Below, piece after piece: positions 12,171 through 24,500 of a DNA stretch of 64,000 nt (positions within the stretch are counted from its first letter, which is position 1; each line of letters starts with the position of its first letter). Made by a program: the position numbers and the translations under genes. Origin of the DNA: Marsupella aquatica (Eukaryota > Plantae > Marchantiophyta); the NCBI GenBank assembly GCA_973895155.1, contig OZ316898.1, forward strand, positions 19,913,292 to 19,977,291. The letters run 5' to 3'. The notes beneath the pieces are model-generated. The model searched no databases, was not told the DNA's origin, and worked only from the letters and a program-made list of their open reading frames with translations.

Positions 12171-15100
12171 TGAAGATGAGGAAAGTAGTTAAGCCCCTGC
12201 TGTGGTCTAGTCTTGGTAGACAATCTAGAGAGAGAGTCATAGTAGTGAGTACAGATGCCCCATGAGCAGGGATCTGGTTGAAGCCAAAGTGTGGCATATG
12301 CTTTGGATTACCTGGCCCAATCAGTTTGGTTGAACTGGTGGTCTTTTTGTTTTGGCTCGGGTGTCCCTTCCCTGGTGGTTTTTGCCCCTGGGTCGGTGCT
12401 TGTTGCGGTGCGGCCCCCTCCCCCTTTTTTGGGGTGTGTGGTTTTTTGGTGAAATGTTTTTTTTAGAAATTTCAAAAACCCAATTTTTTTAAAAAAATTT
12501 TGGTTGGAATGTGCCTCATGTAGCAATTTTTTGACCCAGAAGTGTGGCCGCTTATACAAATTAAAATATTATTTGAGCTCATAGAAAGATATGGAAGTGG
12601 TCCATCCAGGTTGGAGTGCCTCTTATGAATTATTTGTCAACATTGTGGTCATTCTGGGCTTCTAAATCTAAAATTTTAGGGTTATATATTCACAAAATAA
12701 CTACAGCAATAACTAGCCCAATGCCCTTTTGTTGCTCCATTGTCATTGCGGTCATTTTAACATTGTGGCCATGCGATCATTGCAATCAAATTGTTATTCT
12801 GGGGTCAATGTGGCAATCATGTTGGTGCGGCTATGCGGTCATTGCTACAATATTATTACCAATTATTGGGTGTGTAAGTTTAGTATGCGGAATATTCAGA
12901 TAATATGAGCCAGTCATCTCAATGATGACATACTCAAATATAAATGTGAAGTCATGTTGTTCAATGCCCATAAGGTGCAAATGTTAACTATGCTCAAGGG
13001 ACCTACAAACTTAATATAAACAAAATAATGCAAATTATATTATCATAAGTTGAAGCTAGGTAAACTACATGCAATCTTTATTCATGTTCAGTAAAGAATC
13101 TCATCAAATACAACACATTTTTGTCAAATGTTTTTGACAATATTTGGAATCTACAGGCACAAACATACATAGGCACACCCTGGTAGGTGTATCCGAAGGG
13201 ACTAGGAGGGTTGCAAGGGAGGTGTTTTTTCCCACTTGAATGGTGATGAAAAGTGTTTAATTTCTCAGTATAAAACCAAGATCCATTGCCACCATTAATG
13301 TTTTGGTTTTTGTAAATAGACAACAACCAAACATGTGTTATTGCATACTATTGTATTTGACAGCCGGAAGGGGGGGGGGGTTAGCATTTGGAAACCAAAA
13401 GGAATTGCTCTGGAATTTATAGAACTTGTGTCATGTGTCATGTGTCATCTTTTTGAAGCAGTAGTCCAGCAATGATACGGAAACTACTCCCTTCCCCTGA
13501 ACACAACATCCAGGCAAAAATCACTTGTAGGGACAAAAATGTCAATTCTCTTTGATCACACAACATCAATTTAACACAGCTCCTGGGCTTTGTGTTTGAG
13601 TTCTGGCCCTCATTTTGCACAGACAGTGAACTCGAGTTAATGGTAGTATAGAAACCACCATAGCCAAAATTTGGAGCATTTCTCTTTCAAACACAATGTG
13701 TTGGTTTAAAGAAGGGGATTGTTCATCACATCACCTATATGTGGACGGAGTTTTCTCCCTATCATTCACTCCTCAATTGTACTTTTTAAGTGAATGAAAG
13801 TGAAGCCTAAAACTGATCATCTGTAGATGAAGTCTTTTGGGTATCATTAAAAAAGCTAGCTTATGTGGGGTCCATGTGAATGTACTCTTTAATTGGTTAT
13901 CAATGAATGCATTAATATATATATGGAGAGATATTTTCTCTCTTATGTTTAGAGGCAGCTATCCCTCTGGACTCTGGAGTATGGGTAACGATCCTTGGAC
14001 AAAAACGATTGTTTTCAATCATCCCTCCAGATCATCACTAGACACTACTGATAATAAACAATACCATCCACTTGCGTTTAGATCATCCACTTGCATTTCT
14101 TTGCCCATGCAGAGTTCAAACGAATTGAAGGAAACCCTCCGTTTATTTCAATACTTGCTCCAATGCCTTGCTGGAGGGTTGGTTGCCACTTGACATGCAT
14201 TTCACTTCCGTGTTGTTCAACCCAGCTCATCTTGAACAAAATCATTTTTAATGCTAGACAATGGCAAATGTTGAGAAAAGTAACACTTGGACTTAGGGCC
14301 GTCTTGCATGTAGACGGTCCTTCAATAAACGGTCTTTCAGACAAACGGTGGCAGCCCCTGAGTGAACAAAACTGCCCCCTGAACGAGGCCGTTTTGATGG
14401 CACTAAACTAGGACTGGGAAGGGCAAGGCACGCACAGTCCCGACCTTTGATCTGCACATACGACAATGGCAGCCTCAATCCCCTCTATTGCTCCCGGTAA
14501 ACTAAGCGGCATATAACAACAGAGGTGGACACGAGCCCCTTAGCACATCCAACACGTAACACAGGGGAGGATCGAGTTGTTAAACCAAATCCCTGATTCT
14601 GTGTAAGTTTCGCTTTGTGAAAGGCCGCATTCTTGAGGGCCGATGTACATGCAAAACGGCCCTTAACCACAACAACACCCCATTTAACTCCCTTAACCCA
14701 CCTCCCCTGTGTCACCATGGCTCTGACCCCATACCCCCAGTCCTCCTCCCTCACTGCACACCCTTTCGTTTTGCTGCTCATGTCCAAAGGGATGGTTAGG
14801 TGCAAATCCCCGGCAACAATTGTGTGGTCTGACCCTTGGTTTTGTCATGGCCTCCCGTGTAACATCCGGGGCACCCACCTACATGCCTAAGGGCCCCAAA
14901 AATCTAATTTGCATGGATTCGAATCACATGTTGTTCTTGTCCCTTCTCAAGGATTCCCATTACTATTACTTTGGGAACTACACACATGGTCTTGTATTTT
15001 CATTCTTGGTTTATAATTAATGGGAACTTTACCAAGACCTAGCTACAAGCTGATGAAACGCTCCCACTTGTAGCAACTCAATAGAGTAAGATGACCTCTT

Positions 15101-16668
15101 GATAAGTGCACAATACATAAGTGCAAGCCCTGAATAATTGCAAGGAGTCCCATAGGGTCTTTGGACATCTTTTAGCAGTTCTTGTAAGTGCAAAGAGGGC
15201 TGCGCTGTATGACAGATATATAAGTGCAATCCCTCTGTAAGGGTTTATACACACTTACTGTCAAGTGCACAATTCCTTCCACTTAAAATTATGGATAAAT
15301 GCATGTCCTTTTAATGTAGAGTAGAAGTTGCAAAACTTTTTTTAGGGGATCCTATTTAGGGCAGCTACTTATGACCCAGGAGCCTTCTTCTGGGAGTGTG
15401 CACCCAGAGTCCAGAGAGGTTTTTTGTCAACATATTTTCCAAATGGCCAAAAATAGCTAGATTCCACCTCAACTGAAAGTCTTGGTCACTTTTGGCAAGA
15501 ATCAGCTACTGTAAGTTTTTTTTCTTCCCTTGGCCAGTTTGCCACGGAACCAACGGACCCCAGTAGCCAGAATCCTATGGTTATGCTGACATACAGGGAG
15601 ATCTAACGGTCAATAGTCAATCTAAGAAAATTGGATAAGGAAGGTTCTGAGCATCTTGTCTGTCACACAAGGTGACATTGGCAAATAGAGAAAAACCTTA
15701 AAAAAAGAAGTTGCTCGTGAAAAAGCTAGTGCTAGGCTCCACCAGCCACCTATGTCGACATGAATACAAAATTTGGATGTACGTGCACAAGCGGATGATA
15801 ATCATGTCATTTTGTCCGCTCTTGGATTCTTCAGTTCTTCTATTTTGTCGTGGAAATCAAGGTTCAATAAAAGAATAACAGAAAAAATGACAGAAGACAG
15901 TGCACTGGAGCTCAAGATCGACTGGTCCAATTTTAAGCTTCTTCTCGTAATAATTAAGTACGTCATGCTGCAGTTCGCAATTGGAGGACCTTTTTTGACA
16001 CCAAGCTCCATGGAGCTTCGATTTCGGTTCATGCGGCCTCTTCTAATTGGGGACTCGATGAATAGGGGACGGAAAAGGTATCCGTCATTGTGGCCTTTTT
16101 CTAAGTGTGAGTCTGTGACTCGATGAAGCAGAATGGTCGGACGAAAAAGGTACCGCGAAATGTGAATAACAATATAACATACATCGTTCTGGTCTACATG
16201 CACGAGCTTCCTCTAGAAGAAAACACAGTTTCGGTTGTATTATTCTATCCTAGAGACACGGCAATCTGTGCATGCCTGGCTGAACGGCCCAGAGCCTTCA
16301 AGAAGGAGACAGCGTGAGAGCACATTCTTCGTAAGTTGTCAGCAGCGGCGTGGAGAAACTGTGACGTACCTGCTGGAAGGCAGAAAGGAATCTCTCGGTG
16401 GTTTGTGTGTGGCCGCCACCATCATGAGCTCCGCTGGACCCGGACCGCTTATTAAATGTGGTCTCGGGGATACCTGACCTGCTGAGAGACACCCATCAAT
16501 ACACTTTTCGCAGTGCGGGCGCTGTACCATACCGTAAAAGTTGATTGCGCCCATCATTTTTCAGGTGATTCTGTTTGCGTCGATGCCATGTTGCCGAGCT
16601 CTCCTCTCGAGCTTTCCCATCCATCCCAGGGCTGTGCAACGCGTGCGGCATGGAGCCGGGCGAGTCCC

Positions 16669-16840
16669 TAAACCCCACCTGCCACTATAAAAGCCTCATT
16701 CCCGGTCTCACTATTCACCATAAAAGATGGAACACTAGCACCTTCCTTTTGTGGAGTTCAAAGTCCATTCTTGAACCTATGTTCATTGTAATGAGAACTA
16801 CAGGTTACCCGTAGCCTTTTATAGGGGCAGGTGTGGTCTA
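16669..16840. mobile_element. TA-bounded ~170-bp element with 28-bp imperfect terminal inverted repeats (MITE-like or RNA hairpin)
   Basis: Left arm taaaccccacctgccactataaaagcct versus reverse complement of right arm tagaccacacctgcccctataaaaggct: 24/28 identical. Confidence 0.55.
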
Positions 16841-17924
16841 AGAGGCGATTGATTGTGTGAGACTGTGGGGCGCCGCTTCCGCATTCGGTTCCTGTGGGTT
16901 CGTGGTGCTGCTTTGTCTGTCCTCCAGACTCCATAGCAGTGGCGAGAATCCACGAGAATCCACTATTTGAGAAAGAAATTGAGGAGTCATTGAGAGCAGC
17001 GAGCAACACACTAGCACGACATGTACGATTCGTTCGAGATCGGCAGAGCAGCTAATCTTGTAGTGCTCTGCAGGTTGGCCCAAACGGGTACTGCACTCTT
17101 CTCCATCGTCTTCTCGTGAGAAATCAGAGCAGCAGACACAGCACAATGTCGTCACTCGTGATGAGTGTCGGAATAAAAAACTCGAAGGTTATTCATCAAC
17201 TTGCAAGCTTTTCGAGAAAAGGTTTGACTACAGTACCGGTCAAATATCTAGAGATGATACCTTTGCTATTGATTCTTTTTGTCATCGCTAACGAAAACTT
17301 TACTGTAAGTAGAAAACCACATATGGGGGGTAATGGGGGGGGGGGGGGGCTCCCAAGATGTACGTGACTTCTCCAGGAAAACTCATTTAATATGACCCCT
17401 TGGGTCCCACTGATTGTTCCGGGAAAACTCAATTAGTATTAATCCCCTTGGGGTCCCACTTTTATATCCTGTCCCTTTGGCCGCTTCTATTTAGATGACA
17501 TGATTATATAGCTCCAATGGATTATTATTCTAACTTATTAAAATATATATAGAATGACTGTGTTATAATATGATAAGTTTATATTTATATAAAGTAATGA
17601 TAATGAGTATAAATCAATTGTAAAATTTAAGAGGTGAAGTGTTAGAGGATAGAGGCACAAACTACCTCGAGCTCTGTGCCCAGGGCAACAAGGCACGGGC
17701 CACGGGAGAGTCATAAAATATAAATAAATATAAATATATTACAGTTAATTCTCTCTAAGTCCATGCTATTGGGAAGACAAATCTGGCATGCACTAAATGC
17801 ATTCCTGGATAAGTGCAACCCCCTAAAAAGCTCACTTGAATTAGATTCATTTGTTAAATTTAGAGCCCCTCGGTTAGTGAGTAGTCACCCTCATACTTTG
17901 CATCCCTGCCCTTATTCTGTGCCC

Positions 17925-17997
17925 ACCCTCCTTGAGTGCAGTCTACACTCTACTAAGAATGGGCATGCAATTACTCATAAATGCACTCAAGGAGGGT
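17925..17997. repeat. Perfect 16-bp inverted repeat with 41-nt spacer
   Basis: accctccttgagtgca (17925-17940) / tgcactcaaggagggt (17982-17997). Confidence 0.8.
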
Positions 17998-20900
17998 TCA
18001 GGATAGAGACACTCATGAAGGGTAGTTTAGCAAAATAATTTAGACCTGTGTGAGCTTAGGAAAAATGCTTAACCCATGCCAAAAAAAGGGAAGAACAGAT
18101 GACCTGCCCTAATCGAGGAGTGTGGGCTTAGAGAGAGCGCTCAGAGAGAGCTGACTGTATTAGGATATTAGTCACATGGGCTGGTGTACTGTACATAGGA
18201 GGTGGAGGGCTGAAGCGCTGCCTTCTGCAGATTTCCTCACATACAATCTTGGGGTGGGGGTGCATAAAGAAATGATATAAAGACCTGTAGTCTCTATTTA
18301 CCCAGTTTGGTCCTACTATCCCATATTAATCTCACTTTAGATGATGTCCCTACAAGAACATCTTGTACAACTCATTAAGAGGTGATAGACTGGGTAAAAA
18401 AAACGATTCATGGGGGCTGATCAAGGAAGGTTTTGTAAAAAAAGATTCAAATGGGGGCTGACCAAGGTTTTGCTGGCAGGGCCCCATCAAGCATATCCCT
18501 CCCAGAATCTCCCAAGGGGATTGGTCCAAAATACAACTCAGGAATCAGATGCCGGGTCAGATGCATGGCTGAGTACGTGGTCTTGAAAACAATGCCAAAA
18601 GAGGGATAGAAGAAGCGGTCACAAAATAGTACATCTTAGCAGCCAAAAAAGAAAAGAAAAGAAAAAAACTGAAGAAAGGTAACTGGTTGGGCTGAGCTGC
18701 CCAGGGTGGGACTATGTCACAGACCCGAAGTAAGCAATATCAATCATCTGATTAAGTTCCGGATTAAGTGAGCTGCCAGTAAAGTTGCGTTCTGAAGTTT
18801 GAAATTTGTGATGGAGAAATTAGCGTCAAAATTTGAGTCTAAGCCAACATTCTTCTGGAAGGGCCATTTGGTCCTGACCTCCTAAATCCAGCCTAGCAAG
18901 ATGTCATTGATAAGTACTTTATCCCAGAAGAAATTCATATAGAGCTTGAGATGGTACCAAGATTTGTAACACAGATGCTACTATAAAAGTTCATTTGTCT
19001 TGGTGAAGAGTTTACCTACCGCATGCTCTCCCACTCACTTCAAATCATAGGATCTCAGTACCCTAAAAATGCTGTTACTTCCTTCAAATTATAGATAAAA
19101 TGCATTTTTTGGTGGGATGCTGCAGATCTATGTTTTGAGCCATAATTAGCCCCTGCGGGGGACTCACTCTAAAGGGGGGTCTCATATCACATGTACTATT
19201 TTTGAGTAATAAAAAACCTAAAAATATAAGACTATTTAAATTAGTTTTTTACCCCTAACTTTCGGGAATACGTCAAGATTGTTAGGTATTTACTTTTCCT
19301 TGGAAGTTAGGTATTTACTTTTACCTCTAGGGTTACGACATGTAACCATAGTTAGGCTAACCATGGTCCGAGAGTGGTTAGGTTAACTAAATTGTACACT
19401 ATATCCTAAACGGTGTTTGCTAGGATAAGAGGAACTAAGGCTCATTGTTACGGAGACACTTGAGAGATGAGAAGAGCTAACACTGTGGAGACTTGGAATG
19501 GCTTAGAGTTCAATAAAGCTCTCTTGTGTGTTCCGGTGGACATAGCCGCGAGGAGGTGAATCACGTACATCTCCTCTGTTGACTCCTTGCGCGATGGATG
19601 TGTCATGTCACGCTTACTATTGCAATTGTTGTCTATGCTCAACAAAGATTATTCTCAAGTGGAATTCCTTAACTCTACTTAAAATCCTAAAAAAATGGAT
19701 TTAGAGATGGTCCCTAATGGTCTTCCACAAAACTAGTATAAGTTTTTCGCTAAACCCAATAAAAAACACTTAAACCTATTTTTGCATGATAGGTTTGAAG
19801 AAAATCAGTGAGTACCCCAGATAGCCCCCTATGGGAAACTAATGAGATGACACTTATTCTCAAAGACAATATTGTCTTTCATATACATGATTGTACTTTG
19901 TATATAGTGGACCTTGTGGGTTGAAGATGGTCTCATCAAGATCATTGGAGATTTTGGCAAGAGTAGCCCAGTTCCATCTGGCCTTCCAGATCTACTAGAA
20001 GCAAAAGGCTCTTAACTTCTGCCAAAGCTTGATCGGTGCGTTTATGTGGCATTAAATATGTGCCCCCAGGAATGCATGTCATGGACCTGAAACTGATTAG
20101 GAATCAAGGACTGCATGATCTATTTAGGAGTGGGAGAAGGTCCATAGACAATGGACAGTGTTTTCAGGTTGCTGTTGTTGACACCAAACACACCAAGTAC
20201 CAAGTGCGGAGGTTGCTTCTGGGGACATTGGGAGAACACTAAGCATTTGTGACCGCAATATAATATAATTAGGATCTGCCAGAGGAAATCATCTTCCTTC
20301 TGGGAGCTGTACTTTTGCAATTGATTTTGGAGGTGGGAAATTGCCTACAAATTTGCTTGGTGTATATATATTTCACACTGCCAAAGAACTAAAAACTCCA
20401 AATGGCAGGAAAGACCCCTCCTTATTTGGTCTTTGATTTTATCTTATTTCCTGTTTTCTCCTCCTTTCTTTTCCTCTCCTCTCCTCTCCTCTCCTCTCCT
20501 CTCCTCTCCTCTTGACCACCTCTCTCCCTCCTCTTGCAAGCACCTCCACCCGCCCTTGCCCTGTCCTTCCACACCTTGCCCCTCTCCTCATCTCTACCTT
20601 CCGTAAACCCTTCCTGAATATTTTCCTTTGTATGTGTGTACAAGGTTATGAGGCATTTGCCCCGGGTGAAGCCATGGAACCCTTGGGCCAGCCTGGCCAG
20701 GGGTTTATGAATTTTGAATGAAGATAATAATAAAGTGCAAGTGGCAAACCATGGATCAGACTTTTCTGATGTAAAACTGAACTCAGGCTTTACACTCGGT
20801 AACTCATCCTCACTTGGGGATAATAATTGTAACCTCCTCACGCTCAGCGCCCTCGGGATTACAGCCCATTACCCCCTCTTCCTTCACCTCCTTCAGGGTT

Positions 20901-21537
20901 ACCCTACACCTCCCCTCCCTGCCAGCCTCTCTGCCCCTCTTACCGGCTCCTCTCCCCTCTTTGGCTTCCTCTTGCGCGACAATGTCCGGGCCGACTGTGT
21001 TGAGCAGCCTCGCCTTGTGCCTGCCTCCTGATAAAATTTCCCGGGTAGCAGGATTGCACTACCATGGAACCCAAAAGTGATCCAATGGACGACAAGAGTT
21101 TCCCCCCAAGTGGGATTTTATGAGCATACCATACCATGGGGGATTTTTGGGCAACATTGGATATTATAAAGGGTCAATATAGAGGATTTACAAAAGGCAA
21201 TCATTGTTTTCAAATATTTGTAAGATATGTGCGCATTTACAAGGATAAAAAAACGAATCCAGGCAGATCAAGTGATACACGTATAAAATGTCTTTCCCCT
21301 CACTCAATCCCAGTACAAAAAATTCAGCTGTTTTATTTATCGAGCGGATTGGGAAGCAAAAGCTTGCAATCTGCGCAGAGACTAACTAAAGTGCTCCATA
21401 TCGACAGTGAGAGACATTTGCTCTGGCATGCTTTGGAGGCATAAATAAGGGACGTCCACATTCTCTATAAGAAGCATTCGGCACATTCGAGAGTTTGCGA
21501 CTGTGGGTCAATCTTTTCGACTTGAATTCTAGTGAAC

Positions 21538-24500
21538 ATGGAGTCGGGGGATGGTGATGAGGCCCTGCTGTGGGCAAACGAGCGGGTTCAGGAGCTGGAA
21601 AGTACAGTTGCAGCATTGCAGGAGAAGATTGAGGTGGGCACGTTCACGCAATTCAATTCAATTCAGTTCAATTCCTAAATGTTTCTTCGTTCATATCTTG
21701 GAGAGATCCATCGTCACTGGTAATTCATTCCTTTTACACGGACTTAGACTCTGTAACAAACAAGTCGCGAGTGAAGAAGAAGAAGAAGAAGAAGAAGAAG
21801 AAGAAGGAATGAAATGTGAAGGAGAGGCATGCAATCTGCCATGGAGACTTTAGTGACATTGTCGCAATCAGTGGTATGTCCTTACCTTCGAAAGTGTGAC
21901 GAACGATCATGAACAAAGGGGAGTGGGCGAACCTTGGCAAATGGGGAGTCAGGTAGGCATGTAACAATGGGTAACCACTGCAGATGCAGCTGGAGTAGCG
22001 AACCATGACCCCGCCGCACGCAATAGGCAGTGGTAAAAACTGATGCATAACCAAAAAATTGTAACGAACGTGAAGCACTTCACAAATGCTCAGACGAGGA
22101 AGAAATCTCTCTGGAACAAACGATAATGAGAGACTAGGTCTCGGAGCAGCAATCTGCGATTCCTGTAACCTACGAGGAAAACCTTCCTTTCTCACAAGAT
22201 ATCGCCTCACACTAATGATACTCAAAGTTGACGTGCTCATTGAAATGTAACGTTTGTGGCCTGGAGCTGTAAGCAATGCGTCAGGTCAAAAACATTTATA
22301 AGCCCTCTTGGAACTTGTAAGGTAAAGGAAACCCAACTTGGGTAAAATTAGCGGTGTAATTACCTTAGAAGCAGTCAGAAAGTGGTGACTAATTGAAGTT
22401 TGATAATTCAAGGTTTTGGAGATGAAGAATTCGAGGTTGGCGGAATTGTTGGCGAGTAAGGAAGATTGCCCAAAGGTAAGCGTATCATTTTGACATTGTT
22501 TGACAAGCACACAAGACAGTTGCAGACCAAACGGGCCATGTCTCATAGGAATGTATGATTTGTTTGGGGTTCTCTTTTAGAATCCGTGGATCTGCAAGAT
22601 CGATAGCTTTATGCAGCTGCTGCTGAACTGGATAAAACTGAAGTCTCTGGACGTGATAGATCTTAGGTCAACCAACTAAGTGAATGTGTTCTTCATTTTC
22701 TTGCAGATAATCTGTCCTTTGCACGAAGTGTCTTGCTGCAAGGACGCGGGGTTGAGAGTGAATATTGGACTACGAGGAAGTGGGGCGACCTATTGCCTAA
22801 GGAATGATTTGACACCAACCAGTGAGCCTCTTACTCTTGACAAATCTGGCTCCTGGGTCGAGATGGACACTGCTATCAAAGTCAAAGCAAATTACAGGCT
22901 CAGGAGTACATCTTCATCTGTGGACCTCTACACGGAACAGCAGGGCTTGGAAATCACTCCTCAGGAAACCTGCGATGCTAAAAACGATCCCATTGTAAGA
23001 ATTCCACCGGGACTTCAAAGCAATATCAGTGCTTCTGTGACAAGTGACGATGAAGCTAATCAGAGTCAGGTTGGACACATTTCAAGCAAGGCGAAAAAAG
23101 GCAAGGTGTTCAATGCATTACGGCTTAACTGACCCGATAGTTTATCCTCCGTCTTTCAAAGTGCAGCACCAGCATGGCTCACTTTGAACCGGTCAAACGT
23201 TCTCAAACAAAGTCAAAGTGACTCACATTTTTGCCACCTGCTTGCTAGGACCACCAAGAGACACACCAGTTTCACCTGCATCTTAGGAAAGGAGTATCGG
23301 ATGTCATGTCGGGCAGCAATGCTTGGAATTCTAGATTACTGGTAGAGCTTGATTAAATATGGAGCTTGATTTGTTTGTTAATGTGGACATGGTGCAGCCA
23401 GTAAATCCTTGCAAGATCAGGTCACAAGGCATGTGGCCCTCAGGATCATGTATTTGGGAAGCAGGTAAATGGCACCATGTGCGTCCTATCAAAGGTCACT
23501 GTGAAATCCTTGCTTTTGTGACGCTGTTTTGTCATTCCTTGTATTGTACTGGCTCTCATTTAGTGCCGCAATTTGTGAGCCATTTGTGTTTTGACATCGT
23601 GATCCTGTTCTGCAGTTACCATGGTTTTGCGTCTCAAGGTGCTTCTCATAAAACTGTGGAGGTGCGAAATGTCTTCCGGAATTATCTTGGGCCAATAGCT
23701 GGAACGACAATGGCAGCTATTGACTTGGATTGTTGATGTTCAGCTAATTAGTCTGTTAAAAGTGACTTAGGAATGAGAAAAGGAAAAAAGGGAAGGGAGA
23801 AAGAAAGACAGAAAAGAAAGAAAGAAACCAAGTGACTTAGGGCGGCAAGTTTTATATTTAATCTGTATCCTGAAATCTCATCAAAAAGTCCCTGCATTTC
23901 GACAGGCAGACAGCATTTTGCTCGTATCCCTTGTAATGTGCATAATCTGATCGTGGTTCACAGGCAGCATTGTTTGCAGCGCTAGAGCACACCAAGCTAT
24001 TAATTAGTGAACGAGAAGACGCTAAATATTCGCGTTGTGGACGGACTGACAAAGGCGTGTCAGCCATTGGGCAGGTACTTTTCCATTATTGTGGGGCGGT
24101 CGAGGTTAGAGCTCTGCTCCCCTCACGTGTATGTAGGCTTCCGGAGCAATTCTGCTTATTGAAGAGATCTTGTAAGGCCATTTTGCTCAAGACAGGCTAT
24201 GTCTTGCGGAACGATGACATCAAAATTAAGCTCTAAAACGGTTTTTCTAGAGTTTCGAGAGCTGTCTTAAGTAGTGAGTCCTTCAAACTACTACAGTGCA
24301 TGCAACTGCCTCTCCAATTGTTCTTTGTGATATGACGGGTTATTTGTATAACATCTAGTTTCCAAGTTTGCTCCCTGCCGTATCCCAAATTAGAGCTAGC
24401 AAAGCTCGAGATGTATTCAAGTTGGTATTCTAGAAATGGCAAGGATGTGCTAACAGGTTAGAGGTGTCTCCTCCGGATACTTCATTGTTTTTTTGTGGTA

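Noticed and set aside
13600-15300. Possible decayed transposon coding sequence
   Set aside because: No recognisable transposase, RT or integrase motif in the frames examined.
15888-15907. tgacagaagacagtgcac resembling miR156
   Set aside because: The 3' part diverges and I found no complementary star arm nearby.
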